A stretch of DNA of 64,000 nt from an uncultured delta proteobacterium (GCA_963727485.1 CAVSGM010000001.1:480001-544000); one strand, 5' to 3'; shown: positions 1-9,142, numbered from the stretch's first letter. Notes: a model not told the origin generated them from the letters alone. Translations and numbers: made by a program.

Positions 1-306
1 GAGGAAGAAGAGCAGGGTGACCGGGAGCTCGGCGACGGTGAGGATCCGGTGCCGCTGGTGGAAGCGCTTCCACCGGGCCATCTGGGCCGGGGTGAAGTAG
101 CGGGTGAGATCGAAGTCCTCGGTGGACCAGGCGCCGGAAGGCGGGGTCCGGGCCTCGGGGGCGCCGGGGCGGATGCCGCTGGTCGCGGGGAGCGCGGCGG
201 CGGCCGTGGCGGCGGGCGCGGGCCCACCGGCGCTCGCCCGCCCGGCGAGGACGACCGCCCCGAGGGCGAGCATGGCCACGGCGGCGAGTCGGCGGAGGCG
301 GGGCAC
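1..306 (-). CDS. N-terminal part of a membrane protein, possibly M48 (Ste24-like) peptidase; runs off the window
   Basis: Manual translation MPRRLRRLAAVAMLALGAVVLAG...FDLTRYFTPAQMARWKRFHQRHRILTVAELPVTLLFFL; signal/TM segment; follows the TPR gene on the same strand; not in ORF track; catalytic motif not visible. Confidence 0.4.
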   Translation of the reverse strand, partial: MPRLRRLAAVAMLALGAVVLAGRASAGGPAPAATAAAALPATSGIRPGAPEARTPPSGAWSTEDFDLTRYFTPAQMARWKRFHQRHRILTVAELPVTLLFFL

Positions 307-344
307 CGGGAGACGCTAGCACGCGCCGGACCCGGTCGCGTCGG

Positions 345-1685
345 TCAACCGGCGGGTGCCGGCGCCGGGGCGGCCGGGGGGCCGGGATCCCGGGGCGGAG
401 GCGCCGGGGCCGGCGCCCAGGGCGGGGCCGGGGCACCGGGGGACGCCGAGCCGGGCGCCGCCCCGGCCGCGGACGCCCCGCCGGACGCGGCGGTCGCCTC
501 GTCGGCGCTGGCCGCCTGCCGGAGCAGGAGCTGCTTCACCCGGTCGAAGCTCGCCTCGACCCGGCTCTTCCAGGCGTCGTCGACGCCCACCCGCTCCACC
601 GTGGCCCGGGTGCGCTCGTAGGCGGACATCGCCTTCTTCAGGAGCACCTGGATCCGGTCGTGGAGGAGCTTGCGGTAGGCGAGGCGCTCGGCGGGGTCGG
701 TGAGCGACGCCGGGGGCCGCGCCGCCGAGAGCTGGTCGTAGAGGATCTCGTAGAGCCGCCCCACCCGGTAGCCCGCCGCCGCCGCCCAGTGGGCCTCGCC
801 CATGCGGATGGTGCGCAGGTAGTGGCCCTGGGCCGAGAGCAGGAGCTCGGCCTTGTGCTCCAGGTCGGCCTTGAGGGCGTCGAGGCCCTCGGTCCCCGGG
901 TCGAAGGCGGCGTGCTCGAAGCGCAGGCGGTAGAGCTCGCCCAGGTAGAACTGCCCCTGCGCCGCGTAGTAGGGGTCGATGGCGGTGTCGTGCTGGTCCT
1001 TCTCGATGAGGTAGCGGCCCACCGCCCGGCGCAGGGCGGTCTCGGCGGCGTCGTCCCGGTCGCCGTGGAGCAGGCAGATGCCCTTCTGGACCTGGGCCCG
1101 CACGTAGATCTCCGGGGCGTCCTTGGCCCCGTCGGCGATCCGGGTGAGGAGCGCCGCGGCGTGGCCGTAGTCCTCGAGGTGGTAGAGGCACTCGGCCACC
1201 CGGAAGGCGCTGTCCCGCCACAGCTTCCCGGTGGCCGCGTCGAGGAGCGGCCGGTAGGCGTCGAGGGCCCGGAGGTACTCGCCCATCCGCTCCCAGGCGA
1301 GGCCGGCGTCGTAGCGCGCCTCGGGCCCCCGGTCGCTCTCGGGGAAGTCGCCGAGGATCCGGGTGAAGGCCCGGGCGGCCTTCTCGTAGTTCCCGGCGGC
1401 GTAGGCGGCGACCCCGACCTGGAAGAGCTCCTCGGCGTTCATCCCCACCAGCGCCATCTCGGGCTTGCCCCCGGCGCGGACGATCATCGGCCGGAGGTGG
1501 ACGTGGCGGACCTTGGCCTTGGCCGTGGTGGGCTTGCCGGAGAGGTGCGCGCAGCCCCCGAGGCCGGTGGCGAGGGCGAGGGCCCCGGCGAGGACCGCGC
1601 CGGCGCGCCGGCGGATCGGGCGGGGCCGGGGGGCGCCCCCGCGACCCGGGGCCGGTGTGCCCACCACGTCCATGGGCCCGCTCAT
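345..1685 (-). CDS. TPR-repeat lipoprotein
   Basis: Lipobox-like LATGLGGC; multiple TPR helices (AEELFQVGVAAYAAGNYEKA, EARYDAGLAWERMGEY); start overlaps stop of the upstream ArsA-like gene. Confidence 0.8.
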   Translation of the reverse strand: MSGPMDVVGTPAPGRGGAPRPRPIRRRAGAVLAGALALATGLGGCAHLSGKPTTAKAKVRHVHLRPMIVRAGGKPEMALVGMNAEELFQVGVAAYAAGNYEKAARAFTRILGDFPESDRGPEARYDAGLAWERMGEYLRALDAYRPLLDAATGKLWRDSAFRVAECLYHLEDYGHAAALLTRIADGAKDAPEIYVRAQVQKGICLLHGDRDDAAETALRRAVGRYLIEKDQHDTAIDPYYAAQGQFYLGELYRLRFEHAAFDPGTEGLDALKADLEHKAELLLSAQGHYLRTIRMGEAHWAAAAGYRVGRLYEILYDQLSAARPPASLTDPAERLAYRKLLHDRIQVLLKKAMSAYERTRATVERVGVDDAWKSRVEASFDRVKQLLLRQAASADEATAASGGASAAGAAPGSASPGAPAPPWAPAPAPPPRDPGPPAAPAPAPAG

Positions 1686-2863
1686 CCGCCGTCAGGTCCG
1701 GTGCCCGGGAGCGCCGCCGCCGGGAGGGCGCCGGTGCCCTCGAAGAGGTAGCCGCCCATCTCGGCGAGGCCCGCCAGGTCGTGGACGTCGCCGCCGAAGA
1801 TCGGCACCGCCCGGAGCAGGGTCGCCGGGTCCAGGGCCTCCCGGAGCGCGCCGATCTGGACCCCGTCGGCGGCGGCGAGGCGGAGCTGCTCGTCGACGGT
1901 TCCGGCGAGGCGGGCGGCGAGGTCGTCCCCGAAGGTCGGCGCCAGGGCCCCGGCCGAGAGGTCGGCGCCGCCGGTGGCCCGGCTCCAGTCGGGGTGGACC
2001 CGGTTGACCACCACCGTCCCCACCGGCATCTCGTTCTGGCGCAGCACCGTGTAGAAGTACCGGGCCTCGTCCATGGTCATTCCGCTGGGGGCGGTGACCA
2101 GGACGAAGGTGGTCTCGGCCGAGCCCAGAAGCGCCTTGACCGCCGCCGCCTGGTCCTTGAAGCCCTCGTACATCCCTCGCATGGTCAGGAGGAACTCGGC
2201 GAGGGCCTGGAGGGTCTCGAGGCCGGTGAACTTGGCGATCTGCCGGGCCACGTAGCCGCCGCCCAGCCCGATGGCCTTCATCCCCAGGCGCCCGGCGGCC
2301 ACCGCCGGGGTGGCGATCCACTTGAGGTTCTCGTTCCCGAAGGCGTCGAGGAGGCGGGTCGGCGCGTCGAGGAAGTCGAGGGCGTGGGCGGTGGGCGGGG
2401 TGTCGAGGACGATGACGTCGAAGTCGGTGCGCTCGTGGAGCTCGGCGAGCTTCTCCATCGCCATGTACTCCTGGCTGCCGGCGAGGACGGTGGAGAAGGT
2501 CTGGTAGAAGCGGTTCTGGAAGATGGTCTCCGCCTGCTCCCGGGTGGCGGCGTGGCGGGAGATCATGTCGTCGCTGGTGCGCTTGATGTCGAGCATCATC
2601 GCGTGGAGCTCGCCCTTGGGCTCGAGCCCCGCCCGGGCGAAGCGCTCGGCGCTGATCCGGGTGGCCACGTTCCCCAGGGTCTCGAGGCCCAGGCTGTTGG
2701 CGAGGCGGCGCGCCGGGTCGATGGTGACCACCAGGGCCCGCTGCCCCTCCAGGGCGGCCCGCACCGCCAGGGAGGCGGCGACGGTGGTCTTGCCCACCCC
2801 CCCGGAGCCCACGCAGACCACCAGGCGCCGGCCCTTGAGGACCCGGTCGAGGGCGTCGCTCAC
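1682..2863 (-). CDS. ArsA/Get3-family ATPase, subunit lacking the signature Lys
   Basis: GSGGVGKTT P-loop, switch I TIDPARRLA, switch II LDTPPTAH; GTG start at 2863 overlaps upstream TGA. Confidence 0.88.
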   Translation of the reverse strand: MSDALDRVLKGRRLVVCVGSGGVGKTTVAASLAVRAALEGQRALVVTIDPARRLANSLGLETLGNVATRISAERFARAGLEPKGELHAMMLDIKRTSDDMISRHAATREQAETIFQNRFYQTFSTVLAGSQEYMAMEKLAELHERTDFDVIVLDTPPTAHALDFLDAPTRLLDAFGNENLKWIATPAVAAGRLGMKAIGLGGGYVARQIAKFTGLETLQALAEFLLTMRGMYEGFKDQAAAVKALLGSAETTFVLVTAPSGMTMDEARYFYTVLRQNEMPVGTVVVNRVHPDWSRATGGADLSAGALAPTFGDDLAARLAGTVDEQLRLAAADGVQIGALREALDPATLLRAVPIFGGDVHDLAGLAEMGGYLFEGTGALPAAALPGTGPDGG

Positions 2864-3810
2864 GACGAAGCCTCCGGCCCCGGATCGAGGTGGCCGGCCA
2901 GCTCGCCCACCTGCGCCGGACCCCAGGTGGGGGTGTAGAGCCGGGGCAGGCGCACCAGCGGCAGCTCGGGGATCTCCAGCTCGAGCTTGCGGGCGTAGTG
3001 CTCGCTCATCTCCGCCCGCTCGGCCTGGTGGCGCCCGGCGGCGGCCGCGGCCCCGTCCCGGGTGAGGGTCCCGGCGCCGCCGCTGGGCACGGCCTGAAGG
3101 CGCGTCACCTCCTCGGCGGTGAAGCGCCGGGGGACGAAGCCGTTGAGGAAGAGCGACCCCAGCGGCAGCCCCAGGTCGTCGCGGATCGAGGCGTGGAGCT
3201 CCATGGTCTCGTTGATGGGCATCTCCTCGGGCAGCGACACCAGCTGCACGCTGGTCACCGAGGGGTCGATGAGGGTCCGGTGCATCCGCTCGGCGTCCTC
3301 GCGCATGGGCCCCGGGGGCACCGTGTCCATGATGACCTGGGGCACCCGGAGGAAGCTCAGCCCGTGACCGGTGGCCGGCGCGTCGAGGATGACCAGGTCC
3401 CACCGGGGGCGCCCGCCGTCCTCGGCGACCACCTCGAACCACACCTTGCCCAGCATCACCGTCTCGGCCAGCGAGGGGATCATCCGCAGGAAGGCCCGGA
3501 CCAGGCGGTTCTCGAAGACCGCGTCGTAGATGGTCTGGAACTTCAGCTTCATCAGCCCGTACTCGCGCATGGCCTCCTGGGGCCGGACGTTCACCGAGCT
3601 GATGCCCGGGACCACCTCGCCGACGGTGGTCCCCGGCGCCGGGCCCCCGAGGAGGCCGGGGATGCGCTCCTTGGTGTTGACCTCGCAGACCAGGACCTTC
3701 TTCCCCTGGCGGGCGGCCGCCAGGGCCAGGGCCGCCGAGAGGGTGGACTTGCCCACCCCGCCCTTCCCGGTGACGACGAGCAGGCGCTTGTGGAAGAGGT
3801 CCGTGGCCAC
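2860..3810 (-). CDS. ArsA/Get3-family ATPase, subunit with signature Lys but divergent switch I
   Basis: TGKGGVGKST, VLVCEVN in place of DPA, LDAPATGH, LPEEMPINET; GTG start at 3810. Confidence 0.88.
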   Translation of the reverse strand: MATDLFHKRLLVVTGKGGVGKSTLSAALALAAARQGKKVLVCEVNTKERIPGLLGGPAPGTTVGEVVPGISSVNVRPQEAMREYGLMKLKFQTIYDAVFENRLVRAFLRMIPSLAETVMLGKVWFEVVAEDGGRPRWDLVILDAPATGHGLSFLRVPQVIMDTVPPGPMREDAERMHRTLIDPSVTSVQLVSLPEEMPINETMELHASIRDDLGLPLGSLFLNGFVPRRFTAEEVTRLQAVPSGGAGTLTRDGAAAAAGRHQAERAEMSEHYARKLELEIPELPLVRLPRLYTPTWGPAQVGELAGHLDPGPEASS

Positions 3811-3817
3811 GTCGAAC

Positions 3818-3846
3818 TCGATAGCGGAGGCCCAGGAGGGGGTCAA
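3818..3846 (-). promoter_or_regulatory. Putative sigma70-type promoter of the ArsA-like operon, possibly leaderless
   Basis: On - strand TTGACC-17 nt-TATCGA, then 7 nt to the GTG start; no RBS. Confidence 0.35.
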
Positions 3847-3934
3847 TCGGCGAGGCGGCGGGACCGCCCTTGACGCGCCGCGTTCGCCGTAGGATACCCA
3901 CGCCACCCGGCGCTGCACGCCAAGGGGGACGCCA

Positions 3935-4300
3935 ATGCTCGAGCGAATCAAGGATCTCGGCGAGGACCAGGTGGGGAAGCTGGTGAGCGATCTGCTCAGC
4001 AATGAGCGCTTCATCGGCGCCATGCAGAACGTGATGATGCGCAGCCTGCGCACCCGCGAGCAGCTCGAGGCCATCGCCCGCTTCCTCCTGGGGACGCTGA
4101 ACATCCCCAGCAAGGCCGACCTCGACAAGGTCGCCGACAAGCTGGCCGGCCTCGACGAGCTCCTCGACGACGTCACCGAGAAGCTCGAGGCCATCGAGAA
4201 GCGCCTCCCGGCCGAGGGCGCGGCGAACAAGCCCGCCAAGGGCAAGTCCACGGGTCGCGGCGGGGCCAAGGGCGGCTCCGCCAACGCCGCCGAGGGCTAG
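3935..4300 (+). CDS. Phasin-like / PhaF-PhaE C-terminal-like coiled-coil protein
   Basis: LNIPSKADLDKVADKLAGLDELL resembles the L(N/G)(L/V)P(S/T)xx(E/D) motif plus leucine zipper of PhaF/PhaI and the PhaE C-terminus; Lys/Gly/Ala-rich tail; purine-rich RBS upstream. Confidence 0.55.
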   Translation: MLERIKDLGEDQVGKLVSDLLSNERFIGAMQNVMMRSLRTREQLEAIARFLLGTLNIPSKADLDKVADKLAGLDELLDDVTEKLEAIEKRLPAEGAANKPAKGKSTGRGGAKGGSANAAEG

Positions 4301-4307
4301 GCCCGCC

Positions 4308-5114
4308 ATGGCCACCGGGGCCGGCGCCCGCCGCATCGCCTTCATCAACGAGAAGGGCGGCACCTGCAAGACCACCCTGGCGGTCCACACCGCCGCGTGG
4401 CTGGCGGCCCACGATCCCGGGCGGGTGCTCCTCGTCGACCTCGACACCCAGGGCCACGCGGGCAAGAGCCTGGGCATCGACGTCCGGAGCCTCGACCGCA
4501 CCGTCGCCGACCTGATGGTCGACCCGGCCACCGACCCCGCCGAGGCCATCCTCGAGACCGGGATCGCCGGCCTCGATCTCCTCCCGGCGAACAAGCAGGC
4601 CGCCAATCTCCCCGAGCGCCTCGCCGGCCACGCCGACCGGCACCGCCGCCTCCGGCAGGTCATCGACCGGGTCGAGGCCGACCACGCCTATCGCTACGTG
4701 GTCTTCGACTCCCCGCCGTCGCTGGGGCTGACCACCCTCAACGTCATGGTCGCCGCCCACGAGGTGGTGGTCCCGGTGGCGCTGACCTACTTCGCCCTCG
4801 ACGGCTGCGCCGAGATCGTGAGCTCCGTGGAGGGCACCCGGGAGGCCCACGGGCACCCGGACCTCGAGGTCACCCTGGTGGTGCCCACCTTCCACCGGAG
4901 CACCCGGCTGGCCGACGAGGTCCTGGGCAAGCTCCGGGACTACTTCGGGGAGAAGGTCGGGCCGGTGCTCGGGTACAACGTCAAGATCGACGAGGCCCAG
5001 AGCCACGGGCAGACCATCTGGGAGTACGCGCCGTGGTCCCGGGGGGCCCAGATGCTCGAGGCGGTGGCCCGGTCGGTGAAGGCGACGCGGTCGGGGCGCC
5101 CCCCCGCTCCCTAG
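4308..5114 (+). CDS. Orphan ParA/Soj-family ATPase
   Basis: NEKGGTCKTT, VDLDTQG, FDSPPSLG, NVKIDEAQSHGQTIWEY; no parB nearby; 7 nt after the phasin-like gene. Confidence 0.9.
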   Translation: MATGAGARRIAFINEKGGTCKTTLAVHTAAWLAAHDPGRVLLVDLDTQGHAGKSLGIDVRSLDRTVADLMVDPATDPAEAILETGIAGLDLLPANKQAANLPERLAGHADRHRRLRQVIDRVEADHAYRYVVFDSPPSLGLTTLNVMVAAHEVVVPVALTYFALDGCAEIVSSVEGTREAHGHPDLEVTLVVPTFHRSTRLADEVLGKLRDYFGEKVGPVLGYNVKIDEAQSHGQTIWEYAPWSRGAQMLEAVARSVKATRSGRPPAP

Positions 5115-5126
5115 GTAGCCGGGGGC

Positions 5127-5843
5127 TCAGCCGCCGGCGCCGGTCTCGCCGTCGCCGTCGTCCTCGTCGTCGTCGAGGGCGGTGATCTTCTTCTCGATGT
5201 CGTCGAGGCGCGCCCGCAGGCCGATGAGGTCCTTGTGGAGGGCGGGGAGGCCGGTGACGCTCTGGAGGGTGTTCTGGAGCCGGTCGTCGACGTGGCGCTG
5301 CCAGTCCTGGACCCGGAGCTGCCACTGGTCGACGTTCTGCCGGAAGCCCTCGACGAGCTGCTTCAGGTAGGCCCGGGCCTCCTGCTCGGTGGGGGGCTCG
5401 GTGGGGGGCTCCGGCATGGGGATGTCCTGGAGGTCCCGGCGTCCGAACACCTTCTTGGGGATGCGCTCGGCGCCCTCGCGGATGGAGGCGACCCGGGGCT
5501 GGATCTCCCGCTCGAAGAAGTCCTGGAGGGTGCCACCGCCGTTGCGGACGATGTCCCGGAGGACCGCCAGGGGCATCCGCCCGGTCTTCTTCTCCTGCTC
5601 GAAGATGATCTGGGCCAGGGTGACCGAGGTGAGGTCTTCCTTGGTCCGGTTGTCGATGATCCGCACGTCCTCGCCGACGCGGATCATCTCGGCGATCTCC
5701 TCGAGGGTCACGTACCGGCTCTCGACGGTGTCGTAGAGCTTGCGGTTCGTGTACCGCTTGATGATCTTCACCGGGGGGGCTGAGCGGGCCTCAGCGCTGC
5801 TCCCGGCGGGCTTCTTCGCCGGCTCATCCTTGCCCTTGGACAT
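5127..5843 (-). CDS. phaR: PhaR-family polyhydroxyalkanoate synthesis regulator (DNA-binding domain + coiled coil)
   Basis: IIKRYTNRKLYDTVESRYVTLEEIAEMIRVGEDVRIIDNRTKEDLTSVTLAQIIFEQE matches the PhaR N-terminal domain. Confidence 0.85.
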   Translation of the reverse strand: MSKGKDEPAKKPAGSSAEARSAPPVKIIKRYTNRKLYDTVESRYVTLEEIAEMIRVGEDVRIIDNRTKEDLTSVTLAQIIFEQEKKTGRMPLAVLRDIVRNGGGTLQDFFEREIQPRVASIREGAERIPKKVFGRRDLQDIPMPEPPTEPPTEQEARAYLKQLVEGFRQNVDQWQLRVQDWQRHVDDRLQNTLQSVTGLPALHKDLIGLRARLDDIEKKITALDDDEDDGDGETGAGG

Positions 5844-5888
5844 CCCCTGGAACCTACCCGGTATTGACGCGATGCGCCAGCGGTATTG

Positions 5889-6314
5889 TCACCCGGTCGG
5901 GGGATCGCCGCCGTCCTCGAGCTCGCGGGTGAGGGCCTCGGCGAGCTCGTCGAGGATCGCCTCCCGGGTCGCCCGGGCCTCGGGATCCTGGGGATCTTCC
6001 CGGAGGCGGGCGCCTTCCACCAGGCGCAGGACCGCCTCGAAGGCCTCCCGGCGGGCGGCGGCGGCGCCGGTGGCCGCGGCGGGGCTCGCCGCCGGCGCCA
6101 GGAGGGCCAGGAGGGCCAGGCCCTGCTCCACCCGGGCCAGGGTCTGGTCGAGGGCGAGGCTCGCCGGGTCCGGCGCCGCGTCCCGGGCCGCCAGGGTGCC
6201 CCGGAGGACCTTCACCGCCGACTCCAGGCCGAGGGCCACCTCCCGGCCCGCGGCGCGGAGGTGATCGACCAGGGCGGCGACGGCCTCGGGGGGCAGGAGG
6301 GGGTCGGCTGGCAT
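5889..6314 (-). CDS. Hypothetical helical protein
   Basis: ATG at 6314; codon usage typical of the window; upstream of phaR on the same strand. Confidence 0.6.
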   Translation of the reverse strand: MPADPLLPPEAVAALVDHLRAAGREVALGLESAVKVLRGTLAARDAAPDPASLALDQTLARVEQGLALLALLAPAASPAAATGAAAARREAFEAVLRLVEGARLREDPQDPEARATREAILDELAEALTRELEDGGDPPTG

Positions 6315-6417
6315 CGACGCCGGTGCTAGCACAGCGGCCCGGCGCGGTAAATCGCCCGGATCCCGCCTTGCTTCCGGGCGTTTGGCACCCCGATAATGCC
6401 CAGCGGGTGCCGACCCG

Positions 6418-8333
6418 ATGATCGTCCAGTGCCACGGGTGCAAGACACGGTTCCGCATCGCGGACGACAAGGTCTCGGGACGCGGGGTGCGGGTCCGCTG
6501 CACCCGGTGCGGGGACACCTTCGTGGTCCGGCCCACCGACCCCGGCCCGGCGCCGCCCGCCGCGCCGCCCGCCGCGCCGCCCGCCGCGCCGCCCGGTGCC
6601 GCCTCCGACCCGGGCGCGGTGCCGCTCCCCGCGCCGCCGGCCTCGGCGGGGGACGGGATCGACTTCGACCTCGACGGCCCGCCGGACCCGCCGCCGCCCG
6701 CGGCCGCCGCGGCCCCTCCGGGCGCTTCGGGCGGGGTGGCCGACCTCTTCGGCGACCTCGACCTCGGCGGCGCCGACGGGGGCGCGGCACCCCTGGCGCA
6801 GGGGCGTGCCCCTGGGGGGAGCGCCTTCCCCGCCCCCTCGGAGGCCGACGTGGACGCGGCCCTCGCGGGCCTCGACGGGGGCTTCGGCAGTGACGTCTCC
6901 GCCGCCGACCTCGGCCTCTCCCCGGGCGAGGCCCTGAAGGCCCCTGGGGGGGCCGGAGCCGGCCCGGCGCCGCTCGACCTCGACGACGATCCCTACGACT
7001 TCGGCGCCGGTGGCGCGGCGGCGCCCTCCGGGGATCCGGCGCCGGCGGGCGAGCCCGACCTCTTCGGCGCCGGGGCCTCGGCCCCGGATCCCTTCGGCGC
7101 GGCCGGAGGCGAGCCCGACCCCTTCGGCGCCGGGGCCTCGGCCCCGGATCCCTTCGGCATGGCCGGAGGCGAGCCCGACCCCTTCGGCGCCGGGGCCTCG
7201 GCCCCGGATCCCTTCGGCGCGGCCGGAGGCGAGCCCGACCCCTTCGGCGCCGGGGCCCTCGCCCCGGATCCCCGGAGCCCTCCGGGGCGGGCACCGCGCC
7301 GGACCCGTTCGGTGGCGGCGACGGCGAGGCGGGCGGTGACATGGGCAGCGGCTGGGCCGCCGACGGCCCCCTCGAGCTCGACGGCGCCCCGGCCCCCGAC
7401 GACCCGGCGCCGGACCCCTTCGACCCCGGGGCCTCGGCCCTGGACGCGGGCGCGGGCGCGGCCGACGGGGAGCTCGAGCTGGATCTCGATCTCGGTGGGT
7501 CGCCGGACGCGGCTGCCCCCGCCGCCGGCGCGGCCCCGGAGGCCCTCGGCTTCGGCGACGACGACCCCTTCGCCACCCTCGACGCCGGTGCCGAGCTGGG
7601 CGGTGGCCCCGACCCCGACGGGGCGATGGCCGGCTTCGACCTCGGCGGGCCCCCGGCGGCGAGCTTCCCCGCCGCCTCCGAGGCCGCCTCGATCCCGGCC
7701 CCCGCCGCGCCGCCCCGGCCCCGGGCCCCGGCGGCCGCCCCCGCGGTCCCCCCCGACCCGGCGCCGGCGACGCCCCTGGCCTCGCCGCCCCGCAAGCGCG
7801 GCGGGGTGGCGGTGCTGGCCATCAACGGCCTCTTCGGCCTCGCCCTGGTGGCGCTCCTCCTCGGCGCCTTCGTCGCCTCCCGCACCGGCAGCCGCTTCAC
7901 CCCCTCGGTCTTCACCCCGGCCCGGCTCCGCGCGGCCTTCACCGGGGCCTCGGCGCCGGGCCTGGTGGTCACCCGCTTCTCCAACGGGCTCTACCCCACC
8001 CGCACCGGCGGCCAGGTCCTGGTGGTCAGGGGCGTGGCCACCAACAACGGCGACCAGGCGGCCCGCCCCGGGCGGGTCGAGGTGCGCCTCGTCGGTCCCG
8101 GCGGGAAGGTCGTCGCCTCCACCACCGGGGTGCTCGGGGCCGACCCCAGCGCCGCGGAGGTCTGGCGCCTCGACGGCGACGACGCGGCCCGGGCCCTGGT
8201 CCAGGCCCTGGGCAAGCGCGCCCCGGCGCAGGTGAAGGCCCACGCCCACGTCTCGTTCTTCGCGGTGATCCCCACCTGGCGTGGGGACCTCTCGGAGATG
8301 CGCTTCCAGGTGAAGGTCGAGGGCGCGGGATGA
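6418..8333 (+). CDS. MJ0042-type zinc-ribbon membrane protein with acidic disordered linker and DUF3426-like C-terminal domain (frameshift near 7270)
   Basis: CHGC...CTRC N-terminus; Asp/Pro/Gly linker; TM VAVLAINGLFGLALVALLLGAFVA; Ig-like LVVRGVATN; joined from ORFs 6418 and 7341. Confidence 0.8.
7048..7272 (+). repeat. 60-bp coding tandem repeat, about 3.7 copies (GEPDPFGAGASAPDPFGAAG)
   Basis: Sequence rows starting 7081, 7141 and 7201 are nearly identical. Confidence 0.95.
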
Positions 8334-9142
8334 CCGGGCCGCACCCCGAGGAGGCCGGGCGTCTCGCCGACCGCCTCGCCCGGCGCCTGGCGTCGGTGGA
8401 GGGCCCGGCCCGGCCCCACCTCGCCCGGGACGTGCTCCTGGGGCTCTCGCCGGAGCTGGGGGTGGCGCTCCTCGAGGCCCTGGTCGACAGGCGCAAGGCC
8501 GGCGACGGGCGGGCCACCGAGGCCCTGGCGGCGGTGGGGGCGGCCCTCTCCGAGCTCGGCGAGGTCGAGGCCGCCAGCGATCTCTACCGGGCCGCCCGGG
8601 GCCGGGGCCGGGAGGACGTGGCCCGGCTGCTGATGCGACCGGCGCCGGCGAAGCGCTTCGATCCCCTGGAGGAGCGCGGCGTCGACCACCAGATGCGCAA
8701 GGTGGCCGTGGGCACCCGCAAGCAGATGGCCCGGGCGGCGGACCCGGTGGTGCGCACCCGGCTCCTCGCCGATCCCGACCCGAGCGTCATCGCCAACCTC
8801 CTGCGCCACCCGCGCCTCACCGAGCCCGAGGTGGTGCGCATCGCCGCCCGGCGCCCGGCCCGCCCCGAGGTCCTCGGCGAGGTCTACCGGAGCCCGCGGT
8901 GGCGGGTGCGGGGCCGGGTGCGGGTGGCCCTCGCCAACAACCCCTACACCCCCACCGAGATCGTCCTGAAGCTGGTGCCCCTGCTCACCTTCCCCGAGGT
9001 CAAGGAGCTCGCCCGCAACCGCACCCTCCACCCGGAGGTCCTGCGCTCGGCCCGGGAGCGCCTCACCGAGGCGGCCCACCGGCGCAAGGTGGCCCACGAC
9101 GCCGCCCACCTCGCCGAGCTCGAGCCCGAGGGCGATGCCTAG
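8330..9142 (+). CDS. Helical-repeat (HEAT/LRV-like) protein of unknown function
   Basis: LLADPDPSVIANLLRHPRLTE...VRVALANNPYTP; ATGA overlap with upstream gene. Confidence 0.65.
   Translation: MTGPHPEEAGRLADRLARRLASVEGPARPHLARDVLLGLSPELGVALLEALVDRRKAGDGRATEALAAVGAALSELGEVEAASDLYRAARGRGREDVARLLMRPAPAKRFDPLEERGVDHQMRKVAVGTRKQMARAADPVVRTRLLADPDPSVIANLLRHPRLTEPEVVRIAARRPARPEVLGEVYRSPRWRVRGRVRVALANNPYTPTEIVLKLVPLLTFPEVKELARNRTLHPEVLRSARERLTEAAHRRKVAHDAAHLAELEPEGDA

Noticed and set aside
1682..3810. Arsenic resistance operon
   Set aside because: No arsB/acr3/arsC/arsD/arsR; single-domain subunits without an evident metalloid-binding Cys set.
3896..3925. Possible PhaR operator (GCTGCACGC) upstream of the phasin-like gene
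   Set aside because: Only weak similarity to TGC-rich PhaR boxes and no convincing copy upstream of phaR.
7048..7272. Regular repeats as a possible CRISPR array (also 56750..56898)
   Set aside because: Head-to-tail in-frame coding repeats without unique spacers; no cas genes.
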